This document shows, piece after piece, positions 9,334 through 18,714 of a stretch of DNA of 64,000 nt. Under the pieces are notes generated by a model. It had not been told where the DNA came from and searched no databases. It was given only the letters and a program-made list of their open reading frames with translations. The translations under genes were made by a program, and so were the position numbers. Position 1 is the stretch's first letter; every line of letters starts with the position of its first letter. Source of the stretch: a bacterium (GTDB taxonomy: Bacteria; Sysuimicrobiota; Sysuimicrobiia; Sysuimicrobiales; Segetimicrobiaceae); the NCBI GenBank assembly GCA_035622635.1, contig DASPUZ010000186.1, positions 400 through 64,399 of the forward strand, in the 5' to 3' direction.

Positions 9334-10103
9334 GGCTCCACGAGCAGTTCCAGGAGCACCGTGCCGACCTGGACGCGGTCTCCCGGTCGGAGCGACACTC
9401 GCGTCGATCCCGACGGGCGCCCGTTGATGAGTGTCCCGTTGGTGCTCCCCAGGTCGATGATCGCCGCGCTCCCCGCGACGATTTCAATGCGAGCGTGTGC
9501 CCGGCTGACACCGGGGTCGTCGAGGACGATATCTTGATCGGGACGGCGGCCGATCGTCACCACCGGACGGTCGAGTGCGAACTCCCGTCCGGCGGCTCCC
9601 GGCGGCCCCGCCTGTACCCTCAATCGCAGCGCGGGAGTCTCGGGACTTCGGCGCCGGTAGACACGCGTGTCATCCTCGGAGCGGGTACCCGCCGATGCTG
9701 GAACGGGGGACCCGGCGCTGCCGTCGGCGCGAGCGGTCGCGTCGAGCCGCGCCTCGACGTAGATCGCTCCAGGCGTGATCTCGTCCCTGGACTCGAGCGT
9801 CACCCGAACGACGCCGGGGAAGCGGCCGCCGAGTTCCTCGGCGCGGGCCTGGAGAGATGCCTCCAATTCTGCGACGAGCGTCGAGATCAACGCCGCGTAC
9901 GGCGTAAAGTCCCGAGGATGCAGGTACACCTGGTAGGCGTTCGGCAGCATCAACCCGTCGAAACCGGCGACCGCCCCCTCGTCCATCGCCTTGAACAAAC
10001 GCCGCGCGATCTCGATCGGGTGCACGCGGTCGTCGGTCCAACGCGCGAACATGCCCTCGACGAGGGCCTCGATCCGGCGCTCGAGTCGCATGAGCAAGCT
10101 CAC
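9330..10103 (-). CDS. fhaA: FhaA-like protein (N-terminal DUF3662-like domain, linker, C-terminal FHA domain)
   Basis: The N-terminus LMRLERRIEALVEGMFARW is typical of FhaA; the C-terminal FHA domain reads TIGRRPDQDIVLDDPGVSRAHARI...STNGTLING. The GTG at 10103 is preceded by GGAAGGAGGG, and an ATG at 10091 is an alternative. Confidence 0.8.
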   Translation of the reverse strand: MSLLMRLERRIEALVEGMFARWTDDRVHPIEIARRLFKAMDEGAVAGFDGLMLPNAYQVYLHPRDFTPYAALISTLVAELEASLQARAEELGGRFPGVVRVTLESRDEITPGAIYVEARLDATARADGSAGSPVPASAGTRSEDDTRVYRRRSPETPALRLRVQAGPPGAAGREFALDRPVVTIGRRPDQDIVLDDPGVSRAHARIEIVAGSAAIIDLGSTNGTLINGRPSGSTRVSLRPGDRVQVGTVLLELLVEP

Positions 10104-10164
10104 CGGGCCCTCCTTCCGGCGGGCATCGGATCGGGGACTCCCACCGCGCGGCGCCAACGCCAAA

Positions 10165-11319
10165 TCATCGGACGCGCCCCGCTGCTCGTGGCGCCGGCAC
10201 GGGCGTCCAGCGCGACGGGCGGCCCTGGCCTTCCGCCAGGCGAAGTTGGCCGCATGCGGCCTGGATCTCGGTGCCGCGCTCGATCCGGACCGTGACGGGG
10301 AGACCGCCCCGCCGCACGAGCGTCGCAAAGGCCATGACCTTCGGCACCTCGGGCCGGCGAAACGAGATACCCGGCACCGGATTGACGGGGATGAGGTTCA
10401 GGTGGCAGTGCAGCCCGCGTAGCAGCTCAACGAGGGCGCGCGCCTCCGCCGGGCCGTCGTTCACGCCGTCCAGCAGCACGTACTCGAACGTGATCCGCCG
10501 ATTCGTGGCGGCCGCGTACGCGCGGCAGGCCGGGATCAGCTCGCCGAGCGGATAGCGGCGGTTTGCTGGCACGAGCCGGGCACGGAGCCCGTCGGTTGGC
10601 GCGTGCAGCGACACGGCAAGGGTCAACTGCAACCGCTCCGCAGCGAGACGGAAGATCTGCGGGACGAGGCCCACTGTCGAGATCGTCAGACGGCGCATTC
10701 CGATCCCAAGACCGTGGGAGGACGCGAGAATGCGCGCGGCACGAAGGACCGCATCGTAGTTGGCCAGCGGCTCGCCCATCCCCATGAACACCACGTTGCT
10801 GATGCGCACGCGGGCTTGCGCCCGGATGAGCAGCGCCTGCCCCAGAATCTCCCCCGCCGTCAGGTTGCGTGAGAACCCGCTGAGGCCGGTCGCGCAGAAC
10901 GCGCATCCCATGGCGCAGCCGACCTGTGAGCTCAGGCACGCGCTCCGGCGACCATCGTCGAACCGCATGAGCACGCACTCGACCGCCTGCCCGTCCGCGA
11001 GCCCGACCAGGTACTTGGTGGCCGAAGCGTCCGGCGCGTCGAGGGTGCGTTGCACCCGCAGCGGCGTTATGCGCGAAACGGCCTGCAGGCGGCCGCGGAA
11101 TTCACTTGGCAGATCGGTCATCGCCGCCACCGACTCCACCCCGTGCCCGTAGAGCCAGCGGGCGATTTGACGTCCTCGGTAGCGGGGCTCCCCGAGCGAT
11201 TCGGCCAAGCCCTCGAGGTCCGCAACCCCGAGCCCGAGGAGTTCGGTCGCGTCGTTACCCTCGCCGTTGCCGGTCTGGGCCGTCGCAGTCCAGGCGCACG
11301 CGCGTACTGGCCACGCCAT
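10165..11319 (-). CDS. rlmN: 23S rRNA/tRNA m2A methyltransferase RlmN (radical SAM)
   Basis: YRGRQIARWLY N-domain, the CxxxCxxC cluster (SSQVGCAMGCAFCATG), MGMGEPL and a C-terminal IQAACGQL. Start is uncertain: ATG at 11319, or a GTG at 11442 overlapping the rsmB stop. Confidence 0.9.
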   Translation of the reverse strand: MAWPVRACAWTATAQTGNGEGNDATELLGLGVADLEGLAESLGEPRYRGRQIARWLYGHGVESVAAMTDLPSEFRGRLQAVSRITPLRVQRTLDAPDASATKYLVGLADGQAVECVLMRFDDGRRSACLSSQVGCAMGCAFCATGLSGFSRNLTAGEILGQALLIRAQARVRISNVVFMGMGEPLANYDAVLRAARILASSHGLGIGMRRLTISTVGLVPQIFRLAAERLQLTLAVSLHAPTDGLRARLVPANRRYPLGELIPACRAYAAATNRRITFEYVLLDGVNDGPAEARALVELLRGLHCHLNLIPVNPVPGISFRRPEVPKVMAFATLVRRGGLPVTVRIERGTEIQAACGQLRLAEGQGRPSRWTPVPAPRAAGRVR

Positions 11320-11438
11320 AGGCACGGGCCCAGAGGCGCGTCGCGCGCCTGCGACGCACCCGACCACGCGGGCCGGCGTCTCGGCGGCTCCAGGAGAGTG
11401 CCCGGAACCTCCGGGGGTGGTCGCGCGATCTGGCGTGC

Positions 11439-12851
11439 TCACGTCGCCCTCCGAAGTGCCGCCACGAAGAAGCCGTCTGTGCCGGTACGGTGCGGAAACA
11501 GGAGCGCTCCTCCCTGCCCTCCCCAGACCACGGCGTCGCGCGGGACGTGCGTCCCTTCCCCGGGCTCCGGCGCTTCGGCACCGAGGCCCGGGGGCCACCC
11601 TTCGGCCGCCGAGGGAACGAACTCGGAGTACGCCGCGAGGAACCCTTCGACCACGTTCGCGCCCTCCTCCGGCTCAAATGTGCACACACTATAGACGAGG
11701 AGACCGCCGGGCCGCAATGCCGCGGCGGCACCCTCGAGAATTCGCCGTTGCTCCACCGCCCGGGTGCCGAGATCCTCGGGCCGGACACGCCACTTGATCT
11801 CAGGGCGGCGCCTCAGTACGCCGAGCCCGGAACAGGGAGCGTCCACGAGCACGCGGTCCGCCACGCCCCGGAACCTCTCCCCCAGCCGGGCGGCGTCGAT
11901 CTGGTGCGTCTCCACGATCGTCGCGCCGAGGCGGGTGCACTGACGAGATACGGCCCCGAGCTTCGCAGAATGCACGTCGCAGGCGATGATACGACCTCGA
12001 TTCTCCATCAGCGCGGCGAGGTGCGTCGTCTTGCCGCCGGGCGCGGCGCATGCGTCGATCACAATGTCACCCGGGCGAGGCGCGAGACGCCGCGCGACCA
12101 GCATCGACGCCTCGTCCTGCGGGGAGAACCACCCCTCCTCGTACGCCGCCTGTCGGGCCCCCGAGCTTCCGCGAGGTAGGCGCCCTGTGGCGATCCGTCG
12201 GGCCTCGGACAACCACGGGGACGGCTCCGTGTACACGCCGCGCTCGGCGAGGCGCGTTGCGATCAGATCGGGGGCGCCCCGAAGCGTGTTGAGCCGGATC
12301 ACCGGCTGCGGCGCCGTGTTGTTTGCGTCGCACAACGCTCGCGTCTCCGCAATGCCGAGTCGTTCGACCCACCGCGCCACGAGCCAACCCGGATGCGAGT
12401 ACCGAAGCGCGATCGCTTCGGCCGTCTCGCCGTTCGGAGGCCCTTCCGGCGACGCGGCCACGCGTCTCAGCACAGCGTTGACGAAGCGCGCCGTGCCAGC
12501 ATGGCCGGCGCGCTTCGCGAGTTCGACGGCCTCGTTGCACGCGGCATGTGGCGGAATGCGTCGCAGGAACAGCAATTGGTAGGCGCCCAGGCGCAACACG
12601 GCGCGGATACGCGGTGGTAGCACGTCAAGCGGCGTCCGTGCGAAACGCGAAAGCGCCCAGTCGACCTCGGCCCGGTGTCGCAGCGTGCCGAGCGTCAGTT
12701 CAGCCGCGAGTCCCTCGTCGACCGCGCTGAACTCCGCCCGCTCGAGCGCACGCCGCAGCAACACACCGGCCCAGGCGCCGCCGGCGTCGACTCGGCACAG
12801 GATATCCGCCGCTACCTCGCGGGAGGTGGACGGCGCCGCCACGGACCGCAC
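11439..12851 (-). CDS. rsmB: 16S rRNA m5C967 methyltransferase RsmB/Sun
   Basis: N-terminal NusB-like domain plus a SAM methyltransferase domain (DACAAPGGKT, VDAPCSGLGVLRRRPE, YSVCT). Confidence 0.9.
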   Translation of the reverse strand: MRSVAAPSTSREVAADILCRVDAGGAWAGVLLRRALERAEFSAVDEGLAAELTLGTLRHRAEVDWALSRFARTPLDVLPPRIRAVLRLGAYQLLFLRRIPPHAACNEAVELAKRAGHAGTARFVNAVLRRVAASPEGPPNGETAEAIALRYSHPGWLVARWVERLGIAETRALCDANNTAPQPVIRLNTLRGAPDLIATRLAERGVYTEPSPWLSEARRIATGRLPRGSSGARQAAYEEGWFSPQDEASMLVARRLAPRPGDIVIDACAAPGGKTTHLAALMENRGRIIACDVHSAKLGAVSRQCTRLGATIVETHQIDAARLGERFRGVADRVLVDAPCSGLGVLRRRPEIKWRVRPEDLGTRAVEQRRILEGAAAALRPGGLLVYSVCTFEPEEGANVVEGFLAAYSEFVPSAAEGWPPGLGAEAPEPGEGTHVPRDAVVWGGQGGALLFPHRTGTDGFFVAALRRAT

Positions 12852-12869
12852 CGTATCACCCGCGCCGGG

Positions 12870-13556
12870 TTAGTCCTCCCGGCGCATGTTGGCCAGCAGC
12901 AGCATGCGCAGCAGCTGCAGTACGGCCATGGCGGCGGCGGCCACGTATGTCAGAGCGGCCGCGCTGAGTACCGCGCGCACGCCCCGAAGCTCGTCCTGCG
13001 TGACCAGCCCCTCGGCCGCCAGCACGCGCATCGCCCGGGCGCTCGCGTCGAACTCAACCGGGAGTGTCACCACGGTGAAGGCAACTGCGGCACTGAAGAT
13101 CAGAATGCCGAGCTGCATGAACGTCCCCGAGTGAAAGAAGAACCCCAGAAAGAAGATCGGCCAGGCGAGCCACGACCCGAATTGGGACGTGGGCACCATC
13201 GCGGACCGCAGCACCAGCGGTCCGTAGTGCTGCGCGTGCTGAAGCGCGTGACCGGTCTCGTGCGCGGCCACTCCCACTGAGGCGACCGACGCTCCGCCGT
13301 AGACGCCCGATGAGAGTCGTAGGACGCGCGTTCTCGGATCGTAGTGGTCCGATAGCGTGCCGCCGATCTGTTCGATCTCGACGCCCGACAGACCGTTCCG
13401 CCGCAGGATCTCCCCGGCGACCTCCGCACCCGTCATGCCGTTCGCCGTGGGAACCTGGCTATACCGGGCGTATGTCGACTGTACGCGCATCTGCGCGTAC
13501 AACGCGAGGAGAGCTGCCGGGATGACAAGGAAATATGTCGGATCCCAGAAGAACAT
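12870..13556 (-). CDS. membrane Zn-metallopeptidase, YugP-like (Zn_peptidase_2 type)
   Basis: HETGHALQH (HExxH), an N-terminal TM helix and C-terminal TM helices, with typical DHYDP...L motifs. The family assignment is from memory. Confidence 0.8.
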   Translation of the reverse strand: MFFWDPTYFLVIPAALLALYAQMRVQSTYARYSQVPTANGMTGAEVAGEILRRNGLSGVEIEQIGGTLSDHYDPRTRVLRLSSGVYGGASVASVGVAAHETGHALQHAQHYGPLVLRSAMVPTSQFGSWLAWPIFFLGFFFHSGTFMQLGILIFSAAVAFTVVTLPVEFDASARAMRVLAAEGLVTQDELRGVRAVLSAAALTYVAAAAMAVLQLLRMLLLANMRRED

Positions 13557-13577
13557 CTACGTCACCCCCATCGGCGT

Positions 13578-14573
13578 CTATTTTAACATACGCTCCTGCC
13601 GGCCTGTCGCATCCTGTCCCAGCACCGTCCCGGTTGCCAGGGGGTGTCCCAGCAGATACGCGGCGCTCGCCATCCGCCGGCCGGACGCCGGCTGTACCTC
13701 ATGGATCGCGACGCACCCGTCGCCGGCCGCGACCACAAAGGGCGGGTCCTGGCCGCCCGCCGCCACAACGGTGCCGGGAGGGAAGCGCTCTCCGCCGGCC
13801 CCTGATGCTCCACATCGCTCGTTCGGAATTGCGGACGCGCGCCAGACCTTAAGTGGCTCACCGTCACGTATCGTGTACGCGACCGGCCACGGGTCCAACG
13901 CGCGAACGAGGTCGACGATGCGAACCGCGGATGCGCTCCACCGAATCAGCGCCTCCTCGCGCGACAGCTTCGGGGCAAACGATGCCTTGCTGTGATCCTG
14001 GGGATGGCGCGGAGCGGTGCCCGCATCGAGGAGGCGAACTGCCTCGGCGAGGAGTGCCGCTCCCTCTCGGGCAAGGCGCGGCTCCAGCGTCGCGGTCGTG
14101 TCCCGGGAAGACACCGGAACGGCCCGCTGGAGGATAATATCGCCCGCGTCCATCTTGTCGGACAGATACAGCACGGTGACGCCGGTCTCTCTCTCGCCGG
14201 CGGCGATCGCCCGCGGGATCGGCGCAGCCCCACGGTAACGGGGCAGCAGCGACGGATGCAGATTGATCCCGCCCAACCGGGCAAGGTCGAGCGCGGCACG
14301 GGGAATGAGGCGGCCGTACGCGACCACGATGAGGAGATCCGCCGCGAGTCGTCGCAACTCGGCGAGGAAGCCGGGATCGCGCAACGATTCGGGCTTCCAG
14401 ATATCCAGAGCGTACTGGTGCGCGGCCACGGCCACCGCAGCCGGCTCGACGCGCAATCCGCGACCCCGCGGCCGGTCCGGTCGCGTCACCACGGCAGCGA
14501 GCTCGCATTCCGCGAGCACCGCGTCCAGCGACGGCACCGCGAACGAGGGCGTCCCGAGGAAGACGGCTTTCAC
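13578..14573 (-). CDS. fmt: methionyl-tRNA formyltransferase
   Basis: MKAVFLGTPSFAVPSL, INLHPSLLPRYRGAAPI and a C-terminal Fmt domain. The ATG overlaps the def stop (ATGA). Confidence 0.95.
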   Translation of the reverse strand: MKAVFLGTPSFAVPSLDAVLAECELAAVVTRPDRPRGRGLRVEPAAVAVAAHQYALDIWKPESLRDPGFLAELRRLAADLLIVVAYGRLIPRAALDLARLGGINLHPSLLPRYRGAAPIPRAIAAGERETGVTVLYLSDKMDAGDIILQRAVPVSSRDTTATLEPRLAREGAALLAEAVRLLDAGTAPRHPQDHSKASFAPKLSREEALIRWSASAVRIVDLVRALDPWPVAYTIRDGEPLKVWRASAIPNERCGASGAGGERFPPGTVVAAGGQDPPFVVAAGDGCVAIHEVQPASGRRMASAAYLLGHPLATGTVLGQDATGRQERMLK

Positions 14574-15085
14574 TCCGGCACCACCTCGGACGTCCCCTCG
14601 GCTCGGCGCAGGGTCTTCGAGTCTCGCACGCGGTCGGGAAACAGGATGCCATTGAGGTGGTCGATCTCATGCTGCAGAACACGCGCCAGCATACCCTCGG
14701 CCTCCATAGTGACGAACTTGTTCCGGCGGTTCCGCGCGCGCACGACGATCCTGGGGGCGCGGGGCACGTCGCCAAGGAGGCCGGGGATGCTGAGACATGC
14801 CTCCGTGCTCACCACCTCATCGCCGTCCCGACGCAGGATCTCAGGATCGATGAGCGCGATCCTGCGGCCCTCGAATTCGGTGACGAGCACCCGCCAGCCG
14901 ACGCCGACCTGAGGTGCCGCGAGCCCGATCCCCTTTGCCTCGTGCATCGTGACAAACATCCGGTCGATCAATTGCTGGATCTCACGCGTCACCACGCGCG
15001 CCGGCTGGGCTCGGCGCCGCAGGATCGCCGCCCGGGGCCCGTCCACGGTGATGATCTCGAAAGCGCGCGCAACCTCCGCCATCAA
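14570..15085 (-). CDS. def: peptide deformylase
   Basis: GIGLAAPQVG, EACLSIPG and HEIDHLNG motifs. The ATG overlaps the priA stop (ATGA). Confidence 0.95.
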   Translation of the reverse strand: MMAEVARAFEIITVDGPRAAILRRRAQPARVVTREIQQLIDRMFVTMHEAKGIGLAAPQVGVGWRVLVTEFEGRRIALIDPEILRRDGDEVVSTEACLSIPGLLGDVPRAPRIVVRARNRRNKFVTMEAEGMLARVLQHEIDHLNGILFPDRVRDSKTLRRAEGTSEVVPE

Positions 15086-17232
15086 TCGATCTCCTCGGGA
15101 TCGACGTCCACGACGATCCGGCCCGCGTCGGGCCCGCGCCGGGGGCGAGCGGCCGCGGCGACGGCCGCTCGCGCTGCAGCGAGCACCGTGGCTAGCTCCT
15201 TCGCGCGCAAAAGACAGTGGACCCGGGCAGGACGCATGCCGCTAGCGGCGGCGGGCACCGGTCCCAGCACCTCGACCCCGGCGACCCCGCCGGCCGCGGC
15301 GGCCGCCCGCTCCGCGGCCGCGGTGGCGGCGGACGCGTCCGCACCCAATGCCACGATGCGAACCAGGCGCGTGTACGGCGGATATCCGAATTCACGCCGG
15401 GCCTGCAGCTCGTCTTCGTACAACTGCTCCTCAAGCCCCGTGCGTATTGTGCGCAGCACCGGATGGTCCGGAACTCGAGTCTGGATGACCGCCTCTGAGT
15501 CCGCAAGTGACACGATCGCGCGCAACTGCTGGAAGGCTCGCTCCGAGGCACGAAAGTCCGGACGGTACAGCGGGGCGTCCGCATCGACCATGCCGATCAG
15601 GCTCGGCCGGAGGCGCCGGCCACGGAGGAGCAACTGAGTGCCGACAACGAGCCGGAGGCGCCCCGAAGCGAACTCACGCGCGACCCGGTCGAACTCCCCA
15701 GCGGTCTCGCGGTCCACGCGCGCCAAACGAAACTCCGGGAACACCTTCCCGACGATCTCCTCGATGCGCTTGGTCCCGGCTCCCACCCACCGCAACGCCA
15801 CGCCCTTGCACCGCGGGCACACCTGTGGAGCCGCCTCCATGCGCCCGCAGACGCGGCACCGGATCGTCCCCATCTCTTGATCGTACGGCATCGGGACCAG
15901 GCACCGTCCGCACCGCACGACATCCCCGCACTCCTGGCAGGCGAGCACGCGGGCATAGCCGATCCGGTTGACGAACAGCGCGACCCGCCCGCCTCCGCGA
16001 AGGTGGCGCCGCATGGAATCCACGAGCGGCTGGCTCAGGGCGCCGCTCCGCCCCTGTTCCCGCTCGAGGCGCATGTCCACGATGCTGACGCGCGGGCCGC
16101 CCGCCGGAGCGAGACGGACGGCGCGCAGGGTCCCCTCCACGCTGCCGGCGTACGCTTCCATCGACGGGGATGCGGTCCCGAGCACCACCTGCGCGCCCTC
16201 GAGCGCGCCGCGTTGCAGCGCGACGCGCCGCGCGTGATACCGCGGGGCCGCCTCGGCTTTGTACGACGGGTCCTCCTCGCCGTCCACGACAAGGAGCCGC
16301 AGGGCGCGAAGCGGCGCGAACAGCGCGGACCGGGTCCCGCACACGACGGCGATGTCTCCGGCGAGAATCCGTCGCCACACGTTGCGGCGCGCCGCCGGCG
16401 GCAGCTCCGAGTGGAAGGTGCCGACGCGGTCCCCCATGGCCTCACGGAATCTTCCGGCGAAGCCTTCCGCAAGCTCCACCTCCGGCGCAATCACGAGCGC
16501 CTGGCCGCCGCGCGCTGCGGTGCGCCGGACGGCGTCCACGATCCAGGCGGCACGGCGACTCTCGTGTCCCCACAGCAACACAGGCCCGGGCGCAGGCACC
16601 CTGTGCTCCGGCGTCCAATCTGGGCCCGGCTCCGCTGCCCACCGTCGGCTCCTTTGCCGATCCTCCTCGATCCGCACCGCGCCCAGCGACACAAGCCGCT
16701 TGAGCGGAGCACCGCCGCCGAGGACGAGATCGACAACGGGCACACCCTCCGGTGCGGCGAGCAGACGATCCAGAAGTTGCCGTTGACGCGGCCCGACCAC
16801 TCGGGGCAACCGCTCCGGCACCGCCACGGCGCGACGGGAAGCGCGCGGCGCGGCGGGGGGTCGCCGCACGAACTCCGGCGGCACGAGACACCGCACGGCG
16901 CGCAGCAGCGTGGACAGCGTCTCGTCTGCGATCAAGCGGGCAAGTCGGAACATCACCGGAGAAAACAACGGCTCGGGATCGGGAATGTCCAAGATGTCCC
17001 GGAGCCGGTGCCCTCCGCTCGCGCCATCGCGTGTGCCCTCGAGGCCCTCACACGGTGCAACCCCGACGATGAACCCGCTCGCCGTGCGCGAGCCAAGAGG
17101 CACCACGGCGCGCACTCCGACGCATACGCGGCTCGCAAGCCCCGCGGGCACCCGATACGTCAGAGGACAATCCGCGATCCCAGGGGCACGATCCAGCAGA
17201 ATCTGAACGCAGCCCTCGGTGCCCACGCTCAC
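15082..17232 (-). CDS. priA: primosomal replication-restart helicase PriA (protein N')
   Basis: 3'-DNA-binding N-domain, a helicase core and a Cys-rich zinc region (CQECGDVVRCGRCLVPM...CRVCG...CPRCKG). The GTG start overlaps the coaC stop (GTGA). Confidence 0.95.
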   Translation of the reverse strand: MSVGTEGCVQILLDRAPGIADCPLTYRVPAGLASRVCVGVRAVVPLGSRTASGFIVGVAPCEGLEGTRDGASGGHRLRDILDIPDPEPLFSPVMFRLARLIADETLSTLLRAVRCLVPPEFVRRPPAAPRASRRAVAVPERLPRVVGPRQRQLLDRLLAAPEGVPVVDLVLGGGAPLKRLVSLGAVRIEEDRQRSRRWAAEPGPDWTPEHRVPAPGPVLLWGHESRRAAWIVDAVRRTAARGGQALVIAPEVELAEGFAGRFREAMGDRVGTFHSELPPAARRNVWRRILAGDIAVVCGTRSALFAPLRALRLLVVDGEEDPSYKAEAAPRYHARRVALQRGALEGAQVVLGTASPSMEAYAGSVEGTLRAVRLAPAGGPRVSIVDMRLEREQGRSGALSQPLVDSMRRHLRGGGRVALFVNRIGYARVLACQECGDVVRCGRCLVPMPYDQEMGTIRCRVCGRMEAAPQVCPRCKGVALRWVGAGTKRIEEIVGKVFPEFRLARVDRETAGEFDRVAREFASGRLRLVVGTQLLLRGRRLRPSLIGMVDADAPLYRPDFRASERAFQQLRAIVSLADSEAVIQTRVPDHPVLRTIRTGLEEQLYEDELQARREFGYPPYTRLVRIVALGADASAATAAAERAAAAAGGVAGVEVLGPVPAAASGMRPARVHCLLRAKELATVLAAARAAVAAAARPRRGPDAGRIVVDVDPEEID

Positions 17233-17816
17233 CGTCGGGTGCCGGGCTCACCTACGAGCGTTGCAAGTCTGGCGACGATCGCCTCGGGTTCGGAGAGCCG
17301 TCCCCACCCGACCTCGCCCGACGCGAGCTCACCGTGTTCCGGCCCGATCACATGCATGCCCCTGGCGCGGAGGCGCGCGAGGTTCTCCTCGACCACTGGA
17401 GCCGCAGCCATCTCTGCGCTCATGGCGGGGGCCAATAGGATCGGCGCGCGCGTCGCGAGCACGGTTGCGCACACGACGTCGTCGGCCAACCCGCTCGCGA
17501 GGCGGCCCAACATGTCGGCCGTTGCAGGCGCGATCAGCACACACGCAGCCAGGCGCCCCAGGGCTACGTGCGGCTCGTCCCACGGCGAATCCGGCGCCCA
17601 CATGTCCGTGATCACGGGGCGACGCGACAGGGCTCGGAAGGTTACCGGACCGATGAACCGAGTGGCCGCGCGAGTCATCATCACATGAACGTCCGCACCG
17701 GCCCTGACGAGCAAACGGACGATGATGGCGACCTTGTACGCCGCGATACTACCGCAGACGCCGACGACGACGGCCCGCCCCCGCAGCGCCTCCGCCGGGT
17801 CAGACCGGGGGCCCAT
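17229..17816 (-). CDS. coaC: flavoprotein, phosphopantothenoylcysteine decarboxylase-like (CoaC domain only, no CoaB domain)
   Basis: AVVVGVCGSIAAYKVAIIVRLL and APAMSAEM motifs of the CoaC/Dfp N-terminal flavoprotein fold. It is about 195 aa and priA follows immediately, leaving no room for a CoaB half. Confidence 0.75.
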   Translation of the reverse strand: MGPRSDPAEALRGRAVVVGVCGSIAAYKVAIIVRLLVRAGADVHVMMTRAATRFIGPVTFRALSRRPVITDMWAPDSPWDEPHVALGRLAACVLIAPATADMLGRLASGLADDVVCATVLATRAPILLAPAMSAEMAAAPVVEENLARLRARGMHVIGPEHGELASGEVGWGRLSEPEAIVARLATLVGEPGTRR

Positions 17817-18384
17817 GGACAGCGCGACCTCCCACACCCGGCGCTGCGCGCCCAGGCTCCAATCGCGTGAACAGGTCACGCGCGAACACGAGGAGCGCCG
17901 CGACGATCTCGTCGGCGCCCCACATCGCCGTGTCCACGATCACGTGGTACCGTGTCAGATTGGACAGGTCCACATCGTACGTCTGCCGGTACCGCCGGCG
18001 CTCACAGTCTTCCCGCGCTTGAACATCCTGAATCGCTCGAGCCACGTCCGTTCCGTCGCGTGCGCCGACGCGACCAGCACGGACGTGGAGGGGGGCGCGG
18101 AGCCAAATCCTGAGGTCGCCATCGATCAACCAGCCGCTCAACCGGCTGTCTACCAAGATGTCGCCGGCTCGCGCAGCCTGCACCTGCATCTCGTCAAGCA
18201 TCCGGTCGACGGATGGATCTCGCTCGGCGAGTTCACCCAACGCCGACAGGCTGATCCCGCGCCGCCGGGCCTCTTCGCGAAACACGTCCCCGGCCGAGAG
18301 ATACTGCAATCCCAGCGCGCCGGCCAGCGCGCGCGCCACCGTGCTCTTGCCCGCGCCGATCTCTCCGCTGACCGTTACAATCAT
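17800..18384 (-). CDS. P-loop nucleoside-monophosphate kinase, short (archaeal-type) cytidylate-kinase-like
   Basis: [30 protein letters not shown]...SRLSGW...[14 protein letters not shown] resembles the short CMP-kinase family (from memory). It occupies the position of gmk in Bacillus synteny. The 3' end overlaps the coaC start by 17 nt. Confidence 0.65.
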   Translation of the reverse strand: MIVTVSGEIGAGKSTVARALAGALGLQYLSAGDVFREEARRRGISLSALGELAERDPSVDRMLDEMQVQAARAGDILVDSRLSGWLIDGDLRIWLRAPLHVRAGRVGARDGTDVARAIQDVQAREDCERRRYRQTYDVDLSNLTRYHVIVDTAMWGADEIVAALLVFARDLFTRLEPGRAAPGVGGRAVHGPPV

Positions 18385-18680
18385 TCGGCATCGGCCGCCG
18401 GCGTTTCGGCGGCTTCCTCATCCTCTGGTTCCACCGTTTCCTTGCTGGTAAAGCGGTGGGCGACCGTTTCCGGCTGCACCGCGGAGAGTACGACGTGGCC
18501 GCTGTCAGTGATGACCACCGCGCGCGTCCGCCGGCCATAGGTCGCGTCGATAAGGATGCCCTTGTCGCGCGCCTCTTGGATAATCCGCTTGATCGGGGCC
18601 GAGTCCGGGCTGACGATGGCGATGATGCGGTTGGCCGCCACGATGTTGCCAAAACCGATGTTGATAAGCCGTGTCTCCAT
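18381..18680 (-). CDS. remA: RemA (DUF370) DNA-binding regulator, with a short acidic C-terminal tail
   Basis: Near-collinear with B. subtilis RemA as I recall it: [62 protein letters not shown]. Confidence 0.93.
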   Translation of the reverse strand: METRLINIGFGNIVAANRIIAIVSPDSAPIKRIIQEARDKGILIDATYGRRTRAVVITDSGHVVLSAVQPETVAHRFTSKETVEPEDEEAAETPAADAE

Positions 18681-18714
18681 CGCCTCATCCCCCCTGACCG
18701 CACCGGCGCCCGGG

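Noticed and set aside
15877-17688. 603-aa plus-strand ORF antisense to priA/coaC.
   Set aside because: It has no domain signatures and is R/P/A-rich, and the opposite strand encodes an unmistakable PriA.
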